The notes under the pieces: model-generated
Seen by the model: only the letters and a program-made list of their open reading frames with translations
Databases searched by the model: none
What the model was told of the DNA's origin: nothing
Translations under genes and position numbers: made by a program
Shown here: positions 40,273 to 49,624 of the stretch, in pieces
Numbering within the stretch: the stretch's first letter is position 1
Layout of the letters: every line of letters begins with the position of its first letter
From: an uncultured Acidobacteriota bacterium
GTDB taxonomy: Bacteria; Acidobacteriota; UBA6911
Assembly (NCBI GenBank): GCA_963827655.1
Contig: CAWHCF010000010.1
Location: forward strand, 85,503 to 149,502
Length of the DNA stretch: 64,000 bases
Direction: 5' to 3'

Positions 40273-43200
40273 CTAGAACACAAATTTCATTCCCAGCTGC
40301 ATCGAGCGCGCCGACCCCGCTGAGAAGATCTTGCCTGTATCCGAAACACCGATGGTCGTGTTGGGATTGTTCAGATTCACATGATTGGGCATGTTGAACA
40401 TCTCCCAGCGGAACTGCAGGAACTTGGTCTCTCTGATGTAAAAGTTCTTGGTCAAGCTCGTGTCGAGTACATGGATGCCCGGACCGTCGATAAGGCCGAT
40501 CCCGGAGCTGCCGAATGTGTAGAGCGGAGGGGCCGCCAGCGCCTGAGGATTAAACCAGAGACTGGCGCTCGGGTTGTCGACTTCGAGCTCCCCAACCTGG
40601 TTTGGACGTGTGTTCCTTCCGTTGCCAAGCGTAGCTCCCGGCGTGGTGAAACTCAGCGGCGATCCCGAAGTGAAATTGTAGATGCCAGCCAGCTGCCAGC
40701 CTCCGAGTATCCCGTTAACCACTGGATGGGCGTCACTCAGGAATTTCCTTCCCCTTCCAAAAGGCAGCTCATATATGCCGTTAATGGCCAGTATATGGGT
40801 GCGATCAAACGTCGAACGACCCCGATCATAGCCTTCCGGACCAAACGGCGTCGTTCCCGGGAAGTCATCAATGTGCTTGGAAAAGGCATAGGAAAGCAGG
40901 TACGAGAGCCCGTCGCCAAACCGTTTTTCCCATTTCAACTGAGCCGAGTTGTAATAGGAGTCGCCAATGTTGTCGTAGATGGTGACCTCTCCAAACTTTG
41001 GCCAGGGCTTGGCAGCTTGCAGATCTGTATACAACCCCGGTCGTACTTCGTTAAAAGTGGGAGAGCCGAATACATCGGCAGTACGGTTCCCAACGTACGA
41101 GACCGTCACCGCAGAATCACCCGGCATGGTCTTTTGAATTGACACGTTCCACTGGTGCGACTTGTTACTCACGATATCCACGCCGGGCGCGACCACGGAC
41201 GGCGTCACAAAGGATTGTGGATTCTCCGGCCACGCGTTTTCCCAACGCTGCAACGAGGAAGCGCTCCAGCCTGTCGATTCAAAAGTCCAGTAGGGCGGTC
41301 CAATGATCGACGATGCCGTTCGATTGCCGCTAAAGCTGCTGGTAAAGATGCCATACCCGGCCCGCACGACCAGGCCGCTGCTTCCGCCCGGGCGCCAGGC
41401 TATGCCCAAGCGCGGCGAGAAGTAGCCATTGGCTTTGAACAAGCCCGCCGGGGCGTCGGCCTGCGAAGCCGGGATCCAGAGATCTTTCGTGGCCTCGGCC
41501 AGGAATGGAGCAACCGGCTGCGAAGTCAAATCAACCCGGCCATCCTTGTCCTCGCCCGCGATCGACTTTCCAAGCTTCACATCGAAAGTGGCTACGTTCC
41601 CGCGCACTGCTGCCTTGTCATGCCAGTAGTCCCAGCGGAGTCCCAGATTGACAGTCAAGTTCGGTGAGACGTGCCAGAAGTCCTGAACATACAGCGCGGA
41701 ATAAGGGGAGTTTGCCATGCCAAAAGTCTGAATGGGGTAGTTTCTCGCGGAATTCTGTACCAGGCCCAACAAGTAATCGGCAAAGCCGTCACCCGTGTAC
41801 TGACCGTTAAAAGTAAACGTGCCTCTGGAACAGCAAGAACCATGCCGGCCATAGGTGGTGCGGTTATTGTATTCATAGCCGAGGTTCAGTGAATGCGGCC
41901 CCCGAACCATGTTCACACTGGCCTTTCCGCTCTGCGACTCGAACCACAAGCGTCCTGGTGTTCCCCAGGGAGCGCCAAACCCCTCGTATCCGGTAAAACC
42001 GACTGTCGGTAAACCAATCATCTCCTCTCTTCCGGGTGATGGAAATCCCTGAATCCCAGCCTGCTCGGTGAGGTTTTCTGTTCCCGCCACCGGCGTGGTG
42101 AAAAGATTGAGCGAGCGAAGATAATTGGCTCCCACGGTGAAAAGCGTCGTTGAAGTCATGGCATAAGTGTAATTGAGGCCGACATTCTGCTGCTTGGTAC
42201 TGTTGTCCTGGGTAACATCCGGCCGGTATTGAGGCAAGATCGTGCGCAAAGTCGTTGATGACGTACCGCCCGTAGATTCTCTGTTTGTCTGTGAGTTGCT
42301 GGTCGACCCGAACCATGATTTCGTCGGTATCGCTTGGCTGCGAAGCGACCGCCCGGAAGCGGCCATCCGCCGAATTCGGCTGCAGAATATAGGGGAAAAA
42401 GAATTTCGCGGAGCTGACGATCCGATCCGCCGGAATGATATTGCCAGGAAAGGGCTGTCCGGTCAGAGGGTCTCGGATCTGTCTGCTCGATGACGAGAAA
42501 TTCCCTTGAAAGAACGCAGTCGGAACCGGAGTCGAATTGTAGATTCTCTCCTGCCGGATCCGGGTGCCCTCGTAACTGGTAAAGAAGAAGGTCTTGTCTC
42601 TGATGATCGGGCCGCCAATGCTGTAGCCGAATTGATTTCGAATAAGCTTCGGCTTGCTGGCGCCCGGTGATTTGGCGAACGTATTGAATGCGTCCAGCTT
42701 GTGGTTTCGGTGAAACTCCCACAATGTGCCATGAAACGCATTCGAGCCTGACCTGGTTACCGACAGTACCTGAAGCGCGTTCCGGCCATGTTCGGCGCTG
42801 AAATTGGCCGTCTCGACGTTGAACTCGGCGATCGTGTCTACATTCGGGATCCCGAATCCGCCTTCATCCATTCCAGCATTTGCGTTCAGCCCATCGACCT
42901 GGAATTCGGTACCGCCTCCATCGCCCGTCCGGTTACCCAGGCCCTGAACCGTGATGCCTCTCTCCGGGCCCCCCTGTCCCAGATACCTCATGCCGGGAAT
43001 CAGTCTGACCAGTTCAACCGGATTCCTCCCGTTAAGTGGCAAATCAGCAATCAGTTTCGAGGCGATCGTTGCTTCCACCGATCCTTTTTCAGTCTGAATA
43101 ATCTCAGCTTGCGCCTCGATCGTGATCTTTTCCGTAATCGCCCCAACATCCAGAACCGGTGACAGCCGCTTCCGTTCACCCAGAGTCAATTCCACCCTCT

Positions 43201-43490
43201 CCAGACAGCCACGTCTTGAAGCCCGTAAGCGACGCGGCAACGGAGTAGAATCCTCTCGGCAGAGCCAGCACCTCAAAGTTCCCGCCGGAATCGGTAACCA
43301 CCATTTTCTTCAAGTTGGTGTCAACATTCGTCACGGTCACTTCCGCTCCGGCGATGACGGCGCCCGATGAGTCTTTGACGACGCCCAGTATGGCGCCTTC
43401 GGTTCCGACCTGGGCTAGCAGCGTGGAATTGGCCGCGAAAACCAGCAGCGATACTCCTAATCCCAATCGCAGAACTAACTGCTTTCTCAT
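40273..43490 (-). pseudogene. TonB-dependent receptor (CarboxypepD_reg-like N-domain + plug + barrel), copy 3, disrupted by at least 2 frameshifts (fragments 43176..43583, 41873..43276, 40273..42366)
   Basis: N-terminal fragment: MRKQLVLRLGLGVSLLVFAANSTLLAQ followed by a Cna-B-like domain (EGAILGVVKDSSGAVIAGAEVTVTNVDTN). Middle fragment: plug and early-barrel motifs (ITVQGLGN, NFHGTLWEFHRN). C-terminal fragment ends with the TonB C-terminal Phe (..QLGMKFVF). Confidence 0.65.
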
Positions 43491-43794
43491 GCAAGTCTCC
43501 TCGCTCAGTTCATTCAACCGGGTCCACTCGAGCCATTTGTGGACAGCCGCCCCTCGACTGTTGAATGGGTAGATGTCTCCCATGCAGTCTTTGCCAGAAC
43601 GTCCTCCGTATAAATCGTCTGATTATTGGAGTCAAGCGCAAATTCAAAGTTCGTCCAGAATGTCTCCTGTAGAACTCGAATCCGACAGGGGTGATCAGGG
43701 GTGCGGAAGCACCCCTGGAGTTTGGCCATTTCACGGGTCGACCTTGGAGTGCGGTAGCTTGCTCTGAACCTTACACGCATCTCGATCGGTCTTG

Positions 43795-44020
43795 GGGATT
43801 TCGCCCCAGAGGGGCGACGGCAAATTAGCCCCGGGCAAGCGAAGCGCAGTCCGGGGTTTGCGGGATTATAAGTCCAAGGCGCCCTGGAGGGGCGCAGGAG
43901 CATTGAGGGCAAGCGTCCAGCGCCCCTCGCACGGGCGCGTCTCTTTGCTGGTGTAGCCCGGGCGGCAGCGCTTCGCCTGGCCCGGCTTAATTTCCTTCGC
44001 CCTGTTCAGGGCAAAGGCGG
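43795..44020. repeat. Copy 2 (longest) of the dispersed ~200 bp repeat family, located just 5' of TBDR copy 3, in the divergent promoter region shared with the S9 peptidase gene
   Basis: Aligns over its 5' half with 39880..40060 and over its 3' half with 16960..17125. All three copies are in the same orientation. Confidence 0.55.
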
Positions 44021-44252
44021 CCCTGGAGTCCCGCGCCGACAGCTTTGTCACATGCGGCTCCTGCTCGCTAACCGCCGCGCTGCACGCGGATGCCGAACCG
44101 GAAACTCACGCAAATTTCGCAACCTGGGGCGCTTCCCACATGGTAAAGTCCACCGTACTTGAGCGGGCGGTGGTGAACCTGCCCGGCGCGACAGATAACT
44201 TCCCGGAGCTGAACGCCGGGCGCGAGTTCGGTCGCTCGTCCCCATTCTTTCC

Positions 44253-46301
44253 ATGTTTCTCGGAGATTATCGTACGGCTTTGAGAGGAAACCGCAAAAAC
44301 GGCTCGGCACTTCGATTGCTTCTAGTTGCCGCCTGCCTGTTTGCCGCTCTGGCGGCGCCGGCCGCCGAGAAGCCCTGGACAGTCGATGCGCTGATGCGCA
44401 TCAAGACAGTGGCCGATCCCCAGATCAGTCCGGATGGGGCCCGAATCGCCTACGTGGTGCGCTCGGCAAACTTTGAGCGGAACGCGTACGACTCGGAAAT
44501 CTGGATAGCGCCGGCCGACGGAGGCAGGCCACAGCGGATTACCCAGCCTCACACCTCCGACGACCTGCCACGCTGGTCGCGCGACGGTCGCCTCGCCTTC
44601 GTCTCGCGCCGTAACGGCGCGGCCCAGATCTACATCCTCCAAAAAAACGGGGGCGTACGCCAACTGACGAGTTCGCCGACGGCCGTGACCTCCTTCAAAT
44701 GGTCGCCAGACAGCAGCAGCATTGCGTACATGGCCGTCGATCCGATCCCGGCGGACGAGCAGGCGCTTCAGCGCCGCGGCAGCGATCCGGTGGTTGCGGA
44801 CCGGGTCTACCGCTACACGCGCATCTATGTGACTCGCGTGACGGACCTGCCCGCTGGACCGGCGCGGCTGCTGACGCGCGCGGATCGGCACGTCCTCTCG
44901 TTCGATTGGTCCCCGGACGGCGCCAGGATCGTCTACGCCGGGCAGGCTACACCGAGGAATCGGGACGCCTTCAACGTGGACCTGCATGAGATCGAGGTGG
45001 CGACGGGCCGCGACAGCGCGCTCGTGGAGCAGCCGGGCCGCGACGGCAACCCGAGCTATTCGCCGGACGGGCGCCTGGTTGCCTTCCACTCTCAGGCCGG
45101 TACAAACAACTACTTCGAGGCTCGTCACATAGGCATCGCTCGCTCCGGAGGGAGCGCCGTCCGGTATGTAACCGAGAAGCTCGATATCGACGTCTTTCGC
45201 GGCGGCAACGAGTTTTCGTGGTCCGGCGATGGGCGCCAGCTCATTTTCGGCGGAGGCAAGGGTACGCACGATGAACTGGTCGCTCTGGATTTGGAGGCGC
45301 TCACGTTGACGCGCCTGGTCACGGCGGTGGCCGGACCGTCAAGCTTCAGCGCGAGTGGCGACGGGCAGCGCATCGCGTTTCTGCGCGCGAGTCCCACGGC
45401 CCCGCCGGAGGTTTGGCTTCTCGACCGGCGGCACGTAAAGCCCGAAGAGCGTCAGATCTCGCGCGTGAACCCGCAGATCTCAGAATACTCGAGTTTCCAA
45501 ACCCGGACCCTGGGCTGGAAGTCGAAGGACGGCCTCCAGATCGAGGGAGTTCTCCGACTCCCGGTCGGATACGGATCCGGGGCGCGCGTACCATTGCTGG
45601 TCGAGCTTCACGGCGGTCCCACCGGTGTGGCGCTCGAGGATTACCCCGTTCCCCGGACCTATCCGACCCAGCTCTACCTCCAGGCCGGTTTCGCCGTGCT
45701 GGCTCCGAACTTCCGGGGCAGCTCGAACTATGGCGCGTCCCTGCGTCTTGCCAACATCAAGTCGCAGGGTTTCGGAGACATGGACGATGTAATGGCCGGG
45801 ATCGATCACCTCGTCGCGCAGGGCATCGCCGATCCGGACCGCCTGGGTGTCATGGGCTGGAGCTATGGGGGATTCCTCAGCATCTGGATCGTGAGTCACT
45901 CGCAGCGGTTCAAGGCAGCTTCGATTGGCGCCCCGACGACCGATTGGATCTCATGGTATGGCGAGAGCGACGGCGCGAAAGAAGTTCTTTGGACCTACTT
46001 CGGGGGCAAGCCGTGGGACAACTGGCAGACCTACAACCGGCATTCACCCCGCTACTCGCTCATCGACGTGAAGACACCGTCACTGCTGCTCCATGGCGAG
46101 AAGGACATCGACAGCACACCGGAAATCTTCTACGCGCTGACGGACCTTCAGGTGCCGGTGGAGTTCGTCACCTATCCGCGCGAGGGGCACGGCATCGGGG
46201 AGCCTTGGCACCAGCGCGACCTGCTCGAGCGGAACCTGGGCTGGTTCCAGCGCTGGATGGGGGGGGCCGATCCCCTCTTTCGACGATCCTCAGGAAAATG
46301 A
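44253..46301 (+). CDS. S9-family serine peptidase (prolyl oligopeptidase / acylaminoacyl-peptidase type) with N-terminal beta-propeller
   Basis: PD40-like repeats (SPDG.RIAYV, SRDGR, SPDGR). The C-terminal a/b-hydrolase carries GWSYGG (nucleophile elbow), then D (..GEKDID) and H (..EGHGI), the catalytic triad order of S9. Confidence 0.7.
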   Translation: MFLGDYRTALRGNRKNGSALRLLLVAACLFAALAAPAAEKPWTVDALMRIKTVADPQISPDGARIAYVVRSANFERNAYDSEIWIAPADGGRPQRITQPHTSDDLPRWSRDGRLAFVSRRNGAAQIYILQKNGGVRQLTSSPTAVTSFKWSPDSSSIAYMAVDPIPADEQALQRRGSDPVVADRVYRYTRIYVTRVTDLPAGPARLLTRADRHVLSFDWSPDGARIVYAGQATPRNRDAFNVDLHEIEVATGRDSALVEQPGRDGNPSYSPDGRLVAFHSQAGTNNYFEARHIGIARSGGSAVRYVTEKLDIDVFRGGNEFSWSGDGRQLIFGGGKGTHDELVALDLEALTLTRLVTAVAGPSSFSASGDGQRIAFLRASPTAPPEVWLLDRRHVKPEERQISRVNPQISEYSSFQTRTLGWKSKDGLQIEGVLRLPVGYGSGARVPLLVELHGGPTGVALEDYPVPRTYPTQLYLQAGFAVLAPNFRGSSNYGASLRLANIKSQGFGDMDDVMAGIDHLVAQGIADPDRLGVMGWSYGGFLSIWIVSHSQRFKAASIGAPTTDWISWYGESDGAKEVLWTYFGGKPWDNWQTYNRHSPRYSLIDVKTPSLLLHGEKDIDSTPEIFYALTDLQVPVEFVTYPREGHGIGEPWHQRDLLERNLGWFQRWMGGADPLFRRSSGK

Positions 46302-46468
46302 GGCTGAAAGTTGACCGAATTCCGCCAGTCTCTCCAAGCTCCTGTTCCTGTTTCTTCGACGCTCTAACCACGAAGACGCCAAGACCTGAGAAATTGAATC
46401 GAAGTTGACCCGCCCACGCCTGCTGAATTACAGTCGAGACTACTGATCCGTACAACGGAGGTAACTGA

Positions 46469-47735
46469 ATGCCTAGCCGAAGGGAATTCGCGCGCTTGTT
46501 TGCCGCCGGAGGTTCGGCGGCGCTTTTCTTGCACCCAGCCTTTGCCGACAAGACCAAACCGTTCGTCCCGTCGCCCGTCGTCAACGAGGGTTTCTGGAAA
46601 ACGGTGCGGGAGCAGTTTCTCATGCCGCCGGGCATCGCGGTGCTGAACGCCGCGAACCTCTGCCCGTCGCCCGCGCCTGTGCTCGAAGCCATGTACAAGA
46701 CCACGCGCGAGCTCGACCGCGAGCCTTCGTCGTCCTATCGAGCGGGCTTGCTCGACGTCAAGGAAGCCACGCGGCGCAAGCTGGCCGATTTCCTTCGGGC
46801 CAGTCCTGATGAGATCGTGATCACGCGCAACACCAGCGAATCGAACAACCTGGTCTCGAGCGGTCTCGACCTCAAGGCCGGCGACGAAGTCGTCGTGTTT
46901 TCCGACAACCACCCGAGCAACAAGACGGCCTGGCAGGAGAAAGGCAAGCGTTTCGGTTACTCCGTGCGAACCATCGACATCGTCAACCCGCATCCGGGCG
47001 CCGACTATTACCTCGAAGCTGCGGCACGGCAGCTCGGCCCGCGCACCAAGGTGCTCGCGTTCAGCCATCTCACCAATACCGTCGGAGACCTGTTTCCGGC
47101 GCGCGAGCTCTGCCGGCTGGCGCGCGAGCGCGAGGTCTTGACCCTCATCGATGGAGCCCAGTCGTTCGGGTTACTGGATGTCGACCTTAGTGATATTCAA
47201 CCCGACTTTTATACCGGGAGCGCCCACAAGTGGCCCTGCGGACCCAAAGAGGCAGGTGTGCTCTACATCAACAAGCGATCGCACTCGGAAGATCTGGCCC
47301 AGCATTTACAGCGCGTTTCCGGGAGCCACCGGAATATCCAAGAGCTTCGAGTGTTTCGGGCAGCGTGATGACGGAGCTATGGCCGCTTTCGGCGCTGCGA
47401 TTGACTTTCAGGTCAAAGTGGGCCGCAAGAACATCGAGGATCGGGCGCGGCAGATCGGCCAGGCGTTCGTGCAGGAGCTGGGAAAAATCAGCGACGTGAA
47501 GCTCTGGACCCACGCCGATCCCCAGCGCACGGGGCCGGTCGTGACGTTTCGACCGGGCGAGCTGAAATCCGAGAAGCTGGCCCAGGTCTTGTTCGAAAAG
47601 GAAGGTGTCATCTGCGCAGTCCGCGGAGGGAGCGATCGTCCCGGCATCCGCTTCTCCCCGCACTTCTACAACTCGCATCGGGAAGTCGAACGCGTAGCCG
47701 CCGCTATCCGCCGATACATGGCCTCCGGGTTGTAA
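46469..47735 (+). CDS. Tat-secreted class-V aminotransferase-fold PLP enzyme (isopenicillin-N-epimerase/cysteine-desulfurase-like), with an apparent frameshift near 47280 (fragments 46469..47368 and 47151..47735)
   Basis: RBS GGAGG is followed by ATG and Tat motif RREFARLFAAGGSAALFL. Motifs ..VLAFSHLTNTVG.. and DGAQSFG..DV..DFYTGSAHKW (the PLP-lysine region) identify Aminotran_5. The C-terminal half continues in another frame. Confidence 0.6.
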
Positions 47736-47840
47736 TATCGCACGCCGGTTCAGCAAGCTGCCCGCCTTTGACGTAGCCGTCCGTCTGAGTCTAGAAAGAG
47801 GACCTCGAGCCCTATTACTTATCGACCAGGGGGGACAACG

Positions 47841-48032
47841 GTGAAATCAAAACCCAGACAACAGTCGCAAAACGATGAGGTTTTTTTTGAAGGTGTGGAC
47901 GCTGCTTTACGCAGAGCCGCGAAACGTGCCCGGGAAGTGGCGATCCGGACCGGCACACCCCTGGTGATTTACCGGAACGGAAAGATCGAAAAGCTCAAGA
48001 TGGCACGCGGCGGGAAATCGAAATCAGTCTAA
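47841..48032 (+). CDS. hypothetical small protein (63 aa), first gene of a low-GC islet
   Basis: Clean ORF with a start context; no family recognised. Confidence 0.3.
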   Translation: MKSKPRQQSQNDEVFFEGVDAALRRAAKRAREVAIRTGTPLVIYRNGKIEKLKMARGGKSKSV

Positions 48033-48192
48033 TTTTGGAGCAGGCACGAGCCAGATTCCAAAACGGCGTTCTCACTGCCCCGCCCGACGGCTCGATCGAA
48101 TCATGAGGGCTAGCAATGCCGCGAAGTAAGGTCCCCGAACGGTCACTCCAGCAGCACATCACGGGAATCAACAATTGCTTCGGAGGCACGTA

Positions 48193-48591
48193 ATGACAGA
48201 CTCGCAAGTCGAGAAGGAAATAGATAGCGTGGAACAGGAATTGATAGATGCGGCGAGACGGCAGGACGCCGCTGCCCTGGACCGCATCGTCGCTGACGAC
48301 TTCTTGATTACGAGTGACACCATGGCAGACAAACTCGGAGATAAAAAGCTATACCTTGCGGAATGTCTGGCCTCTGGAACCATCGAGGGGGGGTCTGCCA
48401 GCTACGACAAGGTGAAAGTGCGAGTGTACGGAAATACCGCCATCGTGAATTCAATATTCAAGTATCAAGTTACCATTGCAGGCGAGGAACATGGCGGTGT
48501 ATTTCTCTCGACAAAAGTATGGGTAAAGAATGGCGAACAGTGGCAATTTGTCGCTTGTCATTCACATCGATTGCCAGAGGCAGCTTTGTGA
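48193..48591 (+). CDS. NTF2-like / SnoaL-like (DUF4440) small protein
   Basis: Pattern ..AARRQDAAALDRIVADDFLITS....VRVYGNTAIVNS......G......FLSTKVWVKNGEQWQFVACHSHRL matches DUF4440. Local GC is clearly lower than in flanking genes. Confidence 0.55.
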   Translation: MTDSQVEKEIDSVEQELIDAARRQDAAALDRIVADDFLITSDTMADKLGDKKLYLAECLASGTIEGGSASYDKVKVRVYGNTAIVNSIFKYQVTIAGEEHGGVFLSTKVWVKNGEQWQFVACHSHRLPEAAL

Positions 48592-48845
48592 ACTGCTTTG
48601 GGGAGTTGAAGGCATCCTTCCAGGCTTGTAAGGATTGACGCGCAAGAGCCCACCAGCGAGGCAAAGCTTCGAAGACGTTAAACGCGATACTTGGCCAGCG
48701 TCTTGTCATTCAGGGTGATGCCGAAGCCCGGACGCTGGGAGAGAAGACGTCAGAGAAAGATCATCGGATTAAGCCTAGATCCTGAATCCTAGATCCTGAA
48801 TCCTGATCTTGATTAAGCCCGATCCCGTCCGTTAAGATCATCGCT

Positions 48846-49525
48846 ATGCGGGCACTTTTGAAGCGCTTCTTGACGTGGTTGGGCGGGATCCTGCCGGAAT
48901 CCCTGGTCTGGAAACTGCACATGGCCGGCAAACATGTTCACACCGGCTGGTGGATGAAGGACCATGACTTCTCCTGTGACGTGAGAGTGCGTCATCGAGA
49001 ACAGGTGATCGAGGCGATGGCGCGGCCCATCGCCGACAAGCAGGTTCTGTACCTCGAATTCGGCGTTTTCCACGGCGGCTCCATGCGCCAGTGGGTCAAG
49101 TGGCTTAAAAACCCAAAGTCAAAACTTCGCGGGTTCGACAGCTTCGAGGGGATCCCCGAAAACTGGAGCGGCTGTGATCAAAAAAAGGAGAACTGACCAC
49201 GGGTGGCGTCATGCCGAACATCCCGGACGAAAGGGTCCGGTTTATCAAGGGATGGATCGAGGACACGCTGCCAGTCTACAAGATGGAAGAAAACGAAGTC
49301 CTGGTCATTTTTATTGATACCGATCTGTACTCGTCGACCTACTTCGTCCTGAAGCACCTCAAGGATTACTTCAAAGTCGGCACCCTTTTCTACTTTGACG
49401 AGTTTGCCGTAGTAGAGCACGAGCTGCAGGCGTTCGATAACTTCATCCGCGAGTCGGGCATGAAGTTCGAATTGATTGCGGCCGACTACGGCATGATGAA
49501 CGTTGCCTTCAGACGCGTCGGTTGA
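48846..49525 (+). CDS. TylF/MycF-family class I SAM-dependent O-methyltransferase, split by an apparent frameshift at an A7 homopolymer (49182..49188; fragments 48846..49196 and 49211..49525)
   Basis: Family motifs: EFGVFHGGSM, GFDSFEGIPE, then RVRFIKGWIEDTLP and VLVIFIDTDLYSSTYFVL.., collinear with TylF. The two pieces are adjacent and in different frames. Lower GC than surroundings. Confidence 0.55.
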
Positions 49526-49624
49526 TGCACTCTGAGCCTCGCGTTTGACTCAACTCGAAATCGAGCACTCCTCCCCGGGGATCCGCAGCTTAATCGCCAA
49601 GAGGCGACGACACCAGAGTTTAAG

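Noticed and set aside
48760-48830. Short tandem repeat TAGATCCTGAATCC x2 with flanking GATTAAGCC copies, considered as a possible CRISPR fragment or minisatellite
   Set aside because: Only two to three units with no spacer/repeat periodicity and no cas genes. It is recorded only as a low-complexity feature of the low-GC islet boundary.
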